From contig CAZTOS010000028.1 in NCBI GenBank assembly GCA_964615185.1, forward strand, positions 1 to 26,802: a stretch of 26,802 nt of DNA. The letters are read 5' to 3'. The notes under the pieces were generated by a model. It searched no databases. It was not told the DNA's origin and worked only from the letters and a program-made list of their open reading frames with translations. Position 1 is the first letter of the stretch. Each line of letters opens with the position of its first letter. The DNA comes from an uncultured Thermococci archaeon (lineage in GTDB: Archaea; Methanobacteriota_B; Thermococci; Thermococcales; Thermococcaceae). Shown here one piece after another: positions 9,818 to 18,831 of the stretch. The translations under genes were made by a program, and so were the position numbers.

Positions 9818-9844
9818 TTCTTTATCTTTATCAAATCTTTTCTT
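9818..9844 (+). terminator. Pyrimidine/T-rich terminator-like tract after carB
   Basis: TTCTTTATCTTTATCAAATCTTTTCTT shortly after the stop codon. Confidence 0.4.
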
Positions 9845-9901
9845 AACATTTTAAAAGCCCAACTTAAAATGTACAAAAATTTCTTTGGATTTATGGTTTT
9901 G

Positions 9902-9982
9902 TTTTCGAAAATATTTCTACTTTTTTAGAATTTTAGGAATCATTTTCGAAAAATCTTAGAATTTTCCGAAAGATTTATATAT
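9902..9982 (+). promoter_or_regulatory. Promoter of the 2-aminoadipate operon with an array of palindromic/direct repeats (candidate Lrp-family sites)
   Basis: TTTTCGAAAA at 9902-9911 and 9943-9952, TTAGAATTTT at 9925-9934 and 9956-9965, BRE-TATA CCGAAAGA-TTTATATA at 9966-9981. Confidence 0.6.
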
Positions 9983-10031
9983 CCATCTCTAAACCTATAT
10001 CCGGTGGTGCCTATTAAGAGCTGTTGTAATA

Positions 10032-11117
10032 TTGGATTCAACATTGAGGGAAGGAGAGCAGTCACCAGGGGTCAATTTTACCCCTGAGCAGAGATTGAGG
10101 ATAGCAACAGAGCTGGATGAATTTGGAGTTGAGTTTATAGAAGTAGGATACCCAACAGTAAGCCAAGACGTAATGGAAGGCATAAAACTAATAGCTAACC
10201 AAGGATTGAAAGCGAACCTCTTAGCACACTCAAGAGCTTTGAGAAGGGACATAGACTTAGTTTTAGATACAAATGTAAACTGGATAGGAATATTCTTCTG
10301 TCTCTCAAATGCCTGCCTTCAAAAGCGCTTCAACATAACCCTTGAGCAAGCTTTAGACAGGATTGAAAGAGCAATCCTTTATGCCAAAGACCATGGCTTA
10401 AAAGTGCGCTTTACGCCTGAAGACGCAACAAGAACGGAGTGGGAAAATCTCGAGAGGGCTTTAAGCTTAGCAAAAGAACTTAAAGTCGACAGAGTAAGCA
10501 TAGCAGATACAACAGGAAGTGCTCACCCGCTCTACTTCTACGAGCTCGTTAGAAGGGTAGTAAGCTTCGGCATTCCAACCAACGTTCACTGCCACAACGA
10601 TTTGGGCTTAGCCTTGGCAAATGCAATAATGGGCATTGAAGCTGGAGCAACGTTAGTGGATGCAACGATAAATGGCATAGGAGAGAGAGTGGGAATAGTG
10701 GATTTAGCTCAAATTTCAACGATTCTCTACTACCACTACGGAATCAAGCATTACAGACTTGAAAAGCTCTACGAGTTGAGCCAAATAATCCAGGAAATAA
10801 CTGGAATTAGAGTGCAGAAGAATTATCCAATAGTTGGGGAAAACGCCTTTATACACAAAGCTGGCTTGCATGTTTCCGCCGTGATAAAAGACCCCAGGTT
10901 TTACGAGTTCTTACCAGCAGAGATCTTTGGAAGAGAGAGGGCAATTTATTTGGACAAATATGCAGGAAGGGACTCGATAAGATTCTACTTGGAGAAAATA
11001 GGAATTAAAGATGAAGAGATTACCGAAAAATTGCTCAGCATTGTGAAGAATTCTCAGGAAGTCTTCACACCAGAAAGGCTTCTTGAAGAGGCAAGAAAAA
11101 TGGGGGGAGTAGAATGA
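10032..11117 (+). CDS. Homocitrate synthase (DRE-TIM, isopropylmalate-synthase family); start codon uncertain
   Basis: [39 protein letters not shown]; lacks the LeuA C-terminal regulatory domain; first gene of the aminoadipate/lysW cluster. Confidence 0.9.
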   Translation: MDSTLREGEQSPGVNFTPEQRLRIATELDEFGVEFIEVGYPTVSQDVMEGIKLIANQGLKANLLAHSRALRRDIDLVLDTNVNWIGIFFCLSNACLQKRFNITLEQALDRIERAILYAKDHGLKVRFTPEDATRTEWENLERALSLAKELKVDRVSIADTTGSAHPLYFYELVRRVVSFGIPTNVHCHNDLGLALANAIMGIEAGATLVDATINGIGERVGIVDLAQISTILYYHYGIKHYRLEKLYELSQIIQEITGIRVQKNYPIVGENAFIHKAGLHVSAVIKDPRFYEFLPAEIFGRERAIYLDKYAGRDSIRFYLEKIGIKDEEITEKLLSIVKNSQEVFTPERLLEEARKMGGVE

Positions 11118-12268
11118 CAATTGTTGAAGGGCTATTGAATGCAAAAGCTGGAGAGGCCGTGATAAGGGAAGTTGATTTAATCTACGCCCATGACGGAACG
11201 ATGCCTCTAATCATTGAATCTTTTAGAAAGACATTCACAAAAGTAAGAAAACCCGATAGAGCTTTCATTTTCTTTGACCATGTTTATCCAGCACCAACTG
11301 TGAAAATAGCGAATCTGCAGAGAGAGATTAGAGAATTCGCAAGGGAGCAGGGAATTAGAATATTCGAAGGCTATGGCATCTCCCATCAAGTTGTTCCAGA
11401 GGAAGGTCTCTTAGAGGGCGCAAAAATAATCATTGGGGCGGATTCACACACGCCAACTTTAGGTGCCTTTGGAGTGTTTGCCGTTGGGATGGGAGCGACA
11501 GATACTGCCATAGCTTTAGGATTAGGCAAAACTTGGTTCAGAGTTCCGGAAAGCGTTAGAGTAAACCTCGAAGGAAGATTAGGCAAAAATGTGATGGCAA
11601 TGGACCTAATGCTTCATTTGATTGGACTACTGAGAGACTTTGACATGAACTACAAAGCCTTGGAGTTCTTTGGAAATCTTGACCTTTCAATTGACGAAAA
11701 AATGACAATAGCAAACTTCAGCGTTGAGACAAATGCAAAGACAGCCCTTTTAGACAATGGAACCTTCAGCGAAGATGGGGATTACTTGAGGGAAATTACA
11801 ATAGAGCTCGGTCAAATTGAGCCTCTAGTAGCTCTACCACACCATCCAAGCAACGTCGAGAGAGTTGAGAAGGTCAAAAGAAAGATTGACCAAGTTTTCA
11901 TAGGCTCATGCACCAACGGAAGGCTCGAGCAACTTAGGAAAGTAGCAGAAATCCTTGAAGGCGAAGAGGTTAGTGTGAGAACCTTTGTAGGGCCGGCATC
12001 AAGGAGGATTTACCTCCAAATGATAAAAGAAGGAATTATGCAAAGGCTAATTGATGCAGGAGTTACCCTTCTTCCTCCCGGATGTGGGCCTTGCTTAGGA
12101 AGGCACATGGGAGTAGCCGGAGATGGAGAGATAATCTTGAGCACAACCAACAGGAACTTTAAAGGAAGGATGGGTTCTCCAAACGCTGAAATCTATCTTG
12201 TCAGCCCTGTTACTGCAGCGGTGAGTGCAATTTATGGAGAGATAACGAATCCGGAGGATGTGCTATGA
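11114..12268 (+). CDS. Homoaconitase / 3-isopropylmalate dehydratase large subunit
   Basis: [29 protein letters not shown] [4Fe-4S] ligands, [12 protein letters not shown]. Confidence 0.93.
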   Translation: MTIVEGLLNAKAGEAVIREVDLIYAHDGTMPLIIESFRKTFTKVRKPDRAFIFFDHVYPAPTVKIANLQREIREFAREQGIRIFEGYGISHQVVPEEGLLEGAKIIIGADSHTPTLGAFGVFAVGMGATDTAIALGLGKTWFRVPESVRVNLEGRLGKNVMAMDLMLHLIGLLRDFDMNYKALEFFGNLDLSIDEKMTIANFSVETNAKTALLDNGTFSEDGDYLREITIELGQIEPLVALPHHPSNVERVEKVKRKIDQVFIGSCTNGRLEQLRKVAEILEGEEVSVRTFVGPASRRIYLQMIKEGIMQRLIDAGVTLLPPGCGPCLGRHMGVAGDGEIILSTTNRNFKGRMGSPNAEIYLVSPVTAAVSAIYGEITNPEDVL

Positions 12269-12744
12269 GGGTGTGGAAATTTTGGGATAATGTTTCAACT
12301 GATGAGATAACTCCCGGGAGATACAACTTAACGAAAGACCCACAAGAATTAGCCAAAATAGCGTTCATAGAAGTTAGACCAGAGTTCTCTCAAAATGTAA
12401 AACCAGGGGATGTAATAGTCGGTGGAAGGAACTTTGGAATTGGTTCATCGAGAGAGTCAGCTGCTTTGGCATTGAAAGCCTCCGGAATAAGCGGAATTAT
12501 CGCAAAGTCATTTGGAAGGATATTTTACAGGAATTGCATTAACCTGGGCATTCCTCTCTTAATTGGCGACACGGACTGGCTGAACGATGGGGATGAGATT
12601 GAAGTTGACTGGAAACGGGGAATTGTGAGAAAAGGTGATGAGGTAAGGAAGTTTAAGCCACTGGATGGCTTCCTCTTCGAGATAGTTGAGAGCGGTGGAA
12701 TACTTGAATACGTGAGAAGGAGGGGAGACTTGTGTATAGAGTAG
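12265..12744 (+). CDS. Homoaconitase / 3-isopropylmalate dehydratase small subunit
   Basis: [38 protein letters not shown]. Confidence 0.93.
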   Translation: MRVWKFWDNVSTDEITPGRYNLTKDPQELAKIAFIEVRPEFSQNVKPGDVIVGGRNFGIGSSRESAALALKASGISGIIAKSFGRIFYRNCINLGIPLLIGDTDWLNDGDEIEVDWKRGIVRKGDEVRKFKPLDGFLFEIVESGGILEYVRRRGDLCIE

Positions 12745-13775
12745 CGGTCATTAAAGGAGACGGCATTGGCATTGAAGTTACGGAAGCCGCGATGGGGGTC
12801 ATAAGAGCTGTAACCGATAAAATAGAGTTTGCTGAGTTTGAGGGCGGCTTTGAAGTATTCAAAAGGTATGGAGTCCCAATAAGAGAGGAGGACTTGGAAG
12901 AGATAAAGAAAATGGATGCAGTTTTATTTGGGGCAACATCAACACCTTTCGACGTTCCAAACTACAAAAGCTTAATCATAACGCTTAGAAAGGAACTTGA
13001 CCTTTATGCCAACCTAAGGATAATTCCAGATTTATGGAATGATAGGGAAATCTACATCGTTAGGGAGAACAGCGAAGGCCTTTACTCTGGGCTTTACGAA
13101 GTTGAAGAAGAGAAAGTTGTTGATTTCAGAGTAATAACAAGGAGAGGAGCTGAAAGAATAGCAAGATTTGCCATAACTTTGGCAAAAGAGAAAGGGGAGA
13201 AGATTACTTTTGTCCATAAGGCAAACGTCTTAGTGGGTGACAAGTTCTTTAGGAAAATTGTCTTGAGTTTAGCTGAAAGGGAAGGAGTCGAGATTAGAGA
13301 GAAAATCATAGATTCCTTCACAATAGAACTCGTTAAGAATCCATGGAATCAGGGGATTATTTTAACGGAAAATCTCTTTGGTGACATTCTTTCAGACTTA
13401 GCAGCTATTCACGCAAGGAGTATTGGAATTGTTCCCTCTGGGAACTATGGTGATGATATCGCTCTATTTGAGCCTATTCACGGAACTGCACCTGACATAG
13501 CTGGAAAAGGGATAGCTAATCCAATTGGGGCTATTTTGAGCGGTGCTATGCTTTTGGATTATCTCAGCTTAAACGGTCAAATTATCTGGGAAGCTGTCAA
13601 ATCTTACGTCAGGAAAGGCAACCTAACGCCCGATTTGGGAGGGACTGCAATGACGAAGGATGTCGTTGAAGGAATTATTAGGGAGATAGAATATCGAATT
13701 GACCCCTTGGAGTGGGATGAAGTTTGGGTTGATGAGATTAGGATCAACTTTATCCCAACGCTTTTCATAAAGTAG
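12732..13775 (+). CDS. Homoisocitrate (isocitrate/isopropylmalate family) dehydrogenase
   Basis: [58 protein letters not shown]; lysine-pathway context. Confidence 0.9.
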   Translation: MYRVAVIKGDGIGIEVTEAAMGVIRAVTDKIEFAEFEGGFEVFKRYGVPIREEDLEEIKKMDAVLFGATSTPFDVPNYKSLIITLRKELDLYANLRIIPDLWNDREIYIVRENSEGLYSGLYEVEEEKVVDFRVITRRGAERIARFAITLAKEKGEKITFVHKANVLVGDKFFRKIVLSLAEREGVEIREKIIDSFTIELVKNPWNQGIILTENLFGDILSDLAAIHARSIGIVPSGNYGDDIALFEPIHGTAPDIAGKGIANPIGAILSGAMLLDYLSLNGQIIWEAVKSYVRKGNLTPDLGGTAMTKDVVEGIIREIEYRIDPLEWDEVWVDEIRINFIPTLFIK

Positions 13776-13782
13776 TGTTTCA

Positions 13783-13835
13783 TTTATAACAAAAGCTAAA
13801 AACTTAGAAATAAATGTTACAAAAAAGATTTAAAG
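13783..13835 (+). promoter_or_regulatory. lysW operon promoter with candidate operator TTTATAAC-N25-GTTACAAA next to TTTAAAG
   Basis: TATAAC 13785-13790, GTTACA 13816-13821, AAAAGA-TTTAAA 13823-13834; RBS GGAGGTGA 13857-13864. Confidence 0.55.
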
Positions 13836-13869
13836 CTTTCCAAATGTTAAGCGAAAGGAGGTGAACGAA

Positions 13870-14031
13870 ATGGTGGAGTGTCCAGTTTGTGGAGCGGATA
13901 TTGAGGTCGGAGAGTTAGAGCTACACCAGATAATCGAATGTCCAGTCTGTGGAGCTGAGCTTGAGGTGGTTGGCTTAGATCCAGTAGTCTTGGAAGAGGT
14001 CCCAGAGGTAGAGGAGGACTGGGGAGAGTAG
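13870..14031 (+). CDS. lysW: Amino-group carrier protein LysW (53 aa; absent from ORF track)
   Basis: Manual translation MVECPVCGADIEVGELELHQIIECPVCGAELEVVGLDPVVLEEVPEVEEDWGE*: two CPxCG zinc knuckles and the diagnostic C-terminal EDWGE; strong RBS. Confidence 0.98.
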   Translation: MVECPVCGADIEVGELELHQIIECPVCGAELEVVGLDPVVLEEVPEVEEDWGE

Positions 14032-14033
14032 CC

Positions 14034-14050
14034 CTTTAACCCTCTTTTTT
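14034..14050 (+). terminator. Intra-operon T-tract between lysW and lysX
   Basis: CTTTAACCCTCTTTTTT directly before the lysX RBS GGAGG (14051-14055). Confidence 0.45.
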
Positions 14051-14062
14051 GGAGGCCAGGCA

Positions 14063-14884
14063 ATGAAAATCGGCATAACATACACAATAATGCGCAAGGA
14101 AGAGATGATGCTCAGAGAGAGGGCAAAGGATTACGGAGAAGTGGTTATGCTCCACGATAGCGACGCTATTTTCCCCCAAAGCTATGACTTGGATGTTGTG
14201 ATAATAAGGAATGTCAGCCACTTTAAAGCCCTATACTTAGCAAAGCTCTTCGAGAGTGCAGGAATACCAACTGTGAATCCCTTCCACATAATACTCGAAG
14301 CTGGAGATAAACTCCTGGCAACTTTAAGGCTTAGCAAGAAGGTCAAGGTTCCGAGATGGAGTGTTACCTTTGACGAGAAAAGCGTCAAAAAAATCGCTGA
14401 AATGCTTGGCTACCCTATAGTTTCAAAGCCAGTTTTTGGGAGTTGGGGGAGGTTAATAACGAAAATAAACGATGATGATGCGTTGGAAGGAATAATAGAG
14501 CACAAAAAATGGCTTAGCAATCCGCTTTACAAAATCTACTACTTCCAAGAATTTGTCAAAAAGCCAGGGAGGGACATTAGGAGCTACGTTATTGGAGGAG
14601 AATTTGTTACGGCTATTTACAGATATTCTGAGCATTGGATAACAAATACAGCGAGAGGGGGAAAAGCTGTCCCCTGTGATGATGAAGAGGTGAAGGAGAT
14701 TTCCATTAAGGCCTGGGAAGCATTTGGGGAAGGTGCTTTAGCTATAGACATCTTCGAGAGTGAGGAAGGGTTGTTAGTTAATGAGGTTAACCCAACTATG
14801 GAGTTCAAGAACACAGTCAAAGCCACTGGGGTGGATGTGGCTGAGAAAATAGTTGGGTATGCCGTTGAGGTGGCTAAAAGATGA
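14063..14884 (+). CDS. lysX: [LysW]-aminoadipate/glutamate ligase (RimK-like ATP-grasp)
   Basis: KPVFGSWGR, QEFVKKPGRDIR, WITNTARGG, NEVNPTMEFKN; immediately after lysW. Confidence 0.95.
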   Translation: MKIGITYTIMRKEEMMLRERAKDYGEVVMLHDSDAIFPQSYDLDVVIIRNVSHFKALYLAKLFESAGIPTVNPFHIILEAGDKLLATLRLSKKVKVPRWSVTFDEKSVKKIAEMLGYPIVSKPVFGSWGRLITKINDDDALEGIIEHKKWLSNPLYKIYYFQEFVKKPGRDIRSYVIGGEFVTAIYRYSEHWITNTARGGKAVPCDDEEVKEISIKAWEAFGEGALAIDIFESEEGLLVNEVNPTMEFKNTVKATGVDVAEKIVGYAVEVAKR

Positions 14885-15873
14885 TTAAAGCAGCAGTTGT
14901 TGGTGCAAGCGGGTACATCGGGGGAGAGTTGGTCAGACTCTTAGCAATGCATCCCGAAGTTGAGATAAGTGCGATAACATCAAGGAGATATGCAGGAAAA
15001 AAAGTTCACAAGGTTCATCCAAACTTGAGAGGACTAAATTTGCGCTTTACAAATGATTACAACTTTGACGCCGATGTTATATTTTTAGCAGTCCCTCACG
15101 GCGAGTCAATGAAAATAATCGATGAATTCCTTAGCAGTGCAAAAATAATTGACCTAAGTGCTGATTTTAGGGTAAGCTTGGATCTCTATACTAAATACTA
15201 TGGAGAGCATGTAAAGTCAGAGCTCATCGATGAGTTCGTCTATGGATTGCCAGAAATTCACAGAGAAGAGATCAAAAAAGCCGAGCTAATAGCGAATCCT
15301 GGTTGTAATGCCACAGCAGTCATTTTAGCTTTGTGTCCCTTCAAAGGAGATGTTAGCGAAGCAATAGTGGATTTAAAGGTTAGCTCAAGTGCTGGTGGAA
15401 GAAGAGAAAACATGGTAAGTATTCATCCCGAAAGAAGCCACGTGGTTAGAGTTTACAAGGAAGTCCATCACAGGCACGAAGCTGAGGTAATTCAAGAGAC
15501 CAATGTAAAGGCTCAGTTCACAGTTCATTCCGTTGACCTGGTGAGAGGGTTACTGGCTACAATTTACTTCAAGATGGAAACAAGTGAGAAGGAGCTCTAT
15601 AAGAAGTTTTTCCGCTACCTAAAAGAGCCATTCATAAGAATCGTCAAAGAGAAAGGTGGAATCCAGAGGCTCCCTGATCCAAAGTACGTAATAGGGAGCA
15701 ACTTCGTTGATATAGGCTTTGCCTACGATGAGGAGAATAAAAGGGTTATACTCTTTTCCGCATTGGACAATTTAATTAAAGGGGGCGCTGGACAAGCGGT
15801 GCAAAACATGAACATAGCCTTTGGGTTAGATGAGACCCTAGGACTGAACTACTTGCCAGTGTATCCAATTTGA
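14881..15873 (+). CDS. lysY: [LysW]-aminoadipate/glutamate phosphate reductase (ArgC family)
   Basis: GASGYIGGEL, DLSADFR, ANPGCNAT, DNLIKGGAGQAVQNMN. Confidence 0.94.
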   Translation: MIKAAVVGASGYIGGELVRLLAMHPEVEISAITSRRYAGKKVHKVHPNLRGLNLRFTNDYNFDADVIFLAVPHGESMKIIDEFLSSAKIIDLSADFRVSLDLYTKYYGEHVKSELIDEFVYGLPEIHREEIKKAELIANPGCNATAVILALCPFKGDVSEAIVDLKVSSSAGGRRENMVSIHPERSHVVRVYKEVHHRHEAEVIQETNVKAQFTVHSVDLVRGLLATIYFKMETSEKELYKKFFRYLKEPFIRIVKEKGGIQRLPDPKYVIGSNFVDIGFAYDEENKRVILFSALDNLIKGGAGQAVQNMNIAFGLDETLGLNYLPVYPI

Positions 15874-15884
15874 AGGTGAGAAAG

Positions 15885-16613
15885 ATGAGGGTCGTTAAAA
15901 TTGGAGGGGCAGTTTTGGACAGGCTGGAAGAGTTTGATGGAATTTTAGAGGGAGATATAATAACTCACGGTGGCTCGGATTACGTTGATGAGCTTTCCAG
16001 AAGGTTAGGGATAGAGGTTAAAAGACTTAAAAGCTCCTCCGGTGTGGAGTTTAGGTACACTCCAAAAGAAGTGCTTGAGATTTATTTAATGGCTATAATG
16101 AAGGCCAACAAGAGAATAGTTTCCCTCCTCCAGAGCAGAGGAATTAACGCCATAGGATTGAGCGGGCTTGATTTGGGCCTCATAAAAGCCGAAAGGAAAA
16201 AGCTCATCAAAGCCATAATCAATGGAAAAAAAGTTGCGATAAGGGATGACTACTCTGGCATTATAAGGGAAATCAACGTTAAAGCCTTAAGGGAACTCAG
16301 CAAGGTGGGAGTTCCTGTTATAGCGCCAATAGCAATGAGCGAAGCCTATGAACCTTTGAATATTGATGGGGATAAGCTGGCTCATGCAATAGCTCTAAGT
16401 TTGAAGGCTGATGAGCTTGTCTTTTTAACGGACACCGCTTTTTTGGCTGATGGCGAAATAGTTGAGAAAATTAAGGTTAATGAAATGGAAGAGTTCTTGC
16501 CATTCGCAAAAGGAGGAATGAAGAGGAAGTTGCTTATGGCTAAAAAATCCGTTGAAAGCGGTGTCAAAAAGGTGATCATTCAAGGACTCAACGGCAGGAC
16601 GGTGATTGAATGA
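15885..16613 (+). CDS. lysZ: [LysW]-aminoadipate/glutamate kinase (ArgB family)
   Basis: VVKIGG, THGGS, GLSGLD, LNIDGD, GGMKRKL; RBS AGGTGA 15874-15879 favours ATG 15885. Confidence 0.93.
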   Translation: MRVVKIGGAVLDRLEEFDGILEGDIITHGGSDYVDELSRRLGIEVKRLKSSSGVEFRYTPKEVLEIYLMAIMKANKRIVSLLQSRGINAIGLSGLDLGLIKAERKKLIKAIINGKKVAIRDDYSGIIREINVKALRELSKVGVPVIAPIAMSEAYEPLNIDGDKLAHAIALSLKADELVFLTDTAFLADGEIVEKIKVNEMEEFLPFAKGGMKRKLLMAKKSVESGVKKVIIQGLNGRTVIE

Positions 16614-17707
16614 GAGAGGTAAGCGTTTACAAAAAGAGGCTCAAGCTCATCAAAGGAAAGGGCGTTTACGTCTGGGATGATAAAGGGAACAAATACCTCG
16701 ATGCAATAGCTGGGATAGGCGTTGCAATCTTAGGACATGCAAACGAAGAGCTTGCGGAGGCAATAAATGAACAGATGAAAAAGCTGGTAGTCGCTGGACC
16801 AATGTTCGAGCATGAGGAAAAGGAAGAATTTTTCGAGGAGCTATCTCACTTTGTCAATTTTGAACACGCCTTCATGGGGAACTCTGGAACTGAAGCTGTT
16901 GAAGCGGCTTTAAAGTTTGCCCGCCTTTATACTGGAAGGAAAGAGATAATAGCTATGACAAATGCTTTCCACGGAAGAACATTTGGCTCTCTAAGTGCAA
17001 CTTGGAAGCCAAAGTATAGGCAGGGGTTTGAGCCTTTAGTTCCCGGGTTTAAGCATATCCCATTCAACAACGTTGAAGTGGCAAAAGAGGCTATAACAAA
17101 AGAAACTGCCGCCGTAATACTTGAGCCAATTCAGGGAGAAGGTGGCATTGTTCCAGCTAAAGAAGAGTTCGTGAAAACATTGAGGGATTTAACTGAGGAT
17201 GTTGGGGCTTTGCTCATAGTGGATGAAATCCAAAGCGCCTTTAGAACTGGAAAGTTCTTGGCCATAGAGCACTATGGTGTTGAGCCGGATATAGTCACGA
17301 TGGGAAAAGGGTTAGCCAATGGAGTTCCAATCGGATTAACATTAACGAACTTTGACGTCCCAAGGGGCAAGCACGGCTCAACCTTTGGAGGAAATCCCCT
17401 CGCTTGTAAAGCTGCAGCTACGACGCTCAGAATTTTGAGGAGGGAAAGGTTAATAGAAAAAGCTAAGGAGAAGTCCATAACCGTCGAGGGAGAAAAGGTC
17501 GTGATGACAAGAGGCAAAGGATTGATGATTGGAATCGTCTTGAAAGAAAGTGCTGGAAAGTATGTCCAAGCACTGCAAGATAAGGGTCTCTTAGTTGGAA
17601 CCGCAGGAAATAGAGTGATTAGACTCCTACCGCCACTCATAATAACAAAGGAGCAGATGCTTTGGGTCAAAGAGACCATTGAGGGTGTCCTAAATGAAAA
17701 TCAGTGA
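16610..17707 (+). CDS. lysJ: [LysW]-semialdehyde transaminase (class III PLP, ArgD family)
   Basis: [51 protein letters not shown]. Confidence 0.94.
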   Translation: MREVSVYKKRLKLIKGKGVYVWDDKGNKYLDAIAGIGVAILGHANEELAEAINEQMKKLVVAGPMFEHEEKEEFFEELSHFVNFEHAFMGNSGTEAVEAALKFARLYTGRKEIIAMTNAFHGRTFGSLSATWKPKYRQGFEPLVPGFKHIPFNNVEVAKEAITKETAAVILEPIQGEGGIVPAKEEFVKTLRDLTEDVGALLIVDEIQSAFRTGKFLAIEHYGVEPDIVTMGKGLANGVPIGLTLTNFDVPRGKHGSTFGGNPLACKAAATTLRILRRERLIEKAKEKSITVEGEKVVMTRGKGLMIGIVLKESAGKYVQALQDKGLLVGTAGNRVIRLLPPLIITKEQMLWVKETIEGVLNENQ

Positions 17708-18692
17708 AGAGGAGAAAATTGAATTTCTGAAGGAGCTTGTGAGCATTTACAGCCCAAGCGGAGAAGAAGAGAAGGTTGCAAAATTTTTGGTCGAGAGCTT
17801 TGAGAGTTTTGGTGTCGAGGCTTATATCGATGGAGTGGGAAACGTTATAGCTGAGAAAAGAGGAGAGGAGAGAAAAATACTCTTAGCCGGACATATAGAT
17901 ACCGTTAAAGGCTACATTCCAGTTAGAATCGAGGACAATTACTTATGGGGAAGGGGAAGCGTTGATGCCAAAGGTTCTTTGGCGACTTTCTTTTTCGCTT
18001 TCCTTGAAAGCAAGGCAAATTTAATTTTCGCTGGCTTAGTTGATGAAGAGAGATATTCAATCGGAGCTAAAAATTTAGATGTTCCAAAGCCAGATTTTAT
18101 AATAATTGGAGAGCCGAGCGGCTTTGATGGAGTTACAATCGCTTATAAGGGAAGCCTAACGATGAGGTTTGTGGAAAAAGTTGAGAAGTTTCATGGAAGT
18201 TTAAGCTCAAAAGGTGCTGCAGAAAAGCTAATTGAAAAATGGCTCGAGTTAAGCAGAGATTTTGGTGAAGGATTTAATAAGCCAAGCGGGAGGATTTTGA
18301 GGTTTGAAGCCTATGAGAGAGATTTTGACTTTTACGGGGAGATGATAGTTAATATTAGAACACCTATTGGCTATGAACCACCCATTAAAGGGGAAATCTT
18401 AGATTTTGTCCCAGCTTATGAAGTTTCGCCAAGGAGTCCGCTGGTTAGGGCTTTTGTTAGGGCTATAAGGAAGAACGGAATAAAGCCAAGGTTGAAGAAA
18501 AAATCGGGCACAGCAGATATGAACATTCTGGCTCCTAAGTTTGGAGTCAATGCCATTGCTTATGGTCCAGGCGATTCAAAGCTTGACCATACTCCTTACG
18601 AGCGCTTAAACTTGGAAGAATATTTGAAAGCAATAGAAGTGCTAAAAACGGCTTTGGAGGAAATTAAAATCTTACAACCCCCTAAAGATTGA
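17694..18692 (+). CDS. lysK: [LysW]-lysine/ornithine hydrolase (M20, ArgE family)
   Basis: [44 protein letters not shown]. Confidence 0.94.
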   Translation: MKISEEEKIEFLKELVSIYSPSGEEEKVAKFLVESFESFGVEAYIDGVGNVIAEKRGEERKILLAGHIDTVKGYIPVRIEDNYLWGRGSVDAKGSLATFFFAFLESKANLIFAGLVDEERYSIGAKNLDVPKPDFIIIGEPSGFDGVTIAYKGSLTMRFVEKVEKFHGSLSSKGAAEKLIEKWLELSRDFGEGFNKPSGRILRFEAYERDFDFYGEMIVNIRTPIGYEPPIKGEILDFVPAYEVSPRSPLVRAFVRAIRKNGIKPRLKKKSGTADMNILAPKFGVNAIAYGPGDSKLDHTPYERLNLEEYLKAIEVLKTALEEIKILQPPKD

Positions 18693-18730
18693 TATAAACA
18701 CCTAATTAGCTTTACAGAGCTCGTTGAGAA

Positions 18731-18745
18731 TATTTATTTTTTTAT
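18731..18745 (+). terminator. T-tract terminator-like element after lysK
   Basis: TATTTATTTTTTTAT about 40 nt after the stop codon. Confidence 0.4.
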
Positions 18746-18831
18746 GAATGAGGAAGCGCTGAGAATTCTTGAAGAAAGATATGTGATTATAAACCACAAG
18801 ATTTTTATAAAAGTTTGTGAATAATAATCAC

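Noticed and set aside
13690..13775. Trp/acidic C-terminal tail on homoisocitrate dehydrogenase
   Set aside because: Total length (347 aa) is in line with what I recall for Thermococcales orthologs; no sign of fusion or frameshift.
10032..13775. Interpretation as a leucine (leuACDB) operon
   Set aside because: The synthase lacks the LeuA regulatory domain and the genes lead directly into lysWXYZJK; lysine (possibly broad-specificity) function is better supported.
13830..14087. 85-aa minus-strand ORF with an apparent SAPQTGHS repeat
   Set aside because: Antisense shadow of lysW; the repeat mirrors the two CPVCGA knuckles.
18744..18824. Small ORF MNEEALRILEERYVIINHKIFIKVCE between lysK and the ATPase
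   Set aside because: No RBS, preceded by a T-tract and overlapping the ATPase promoter; too short to support as a gene or remnant.
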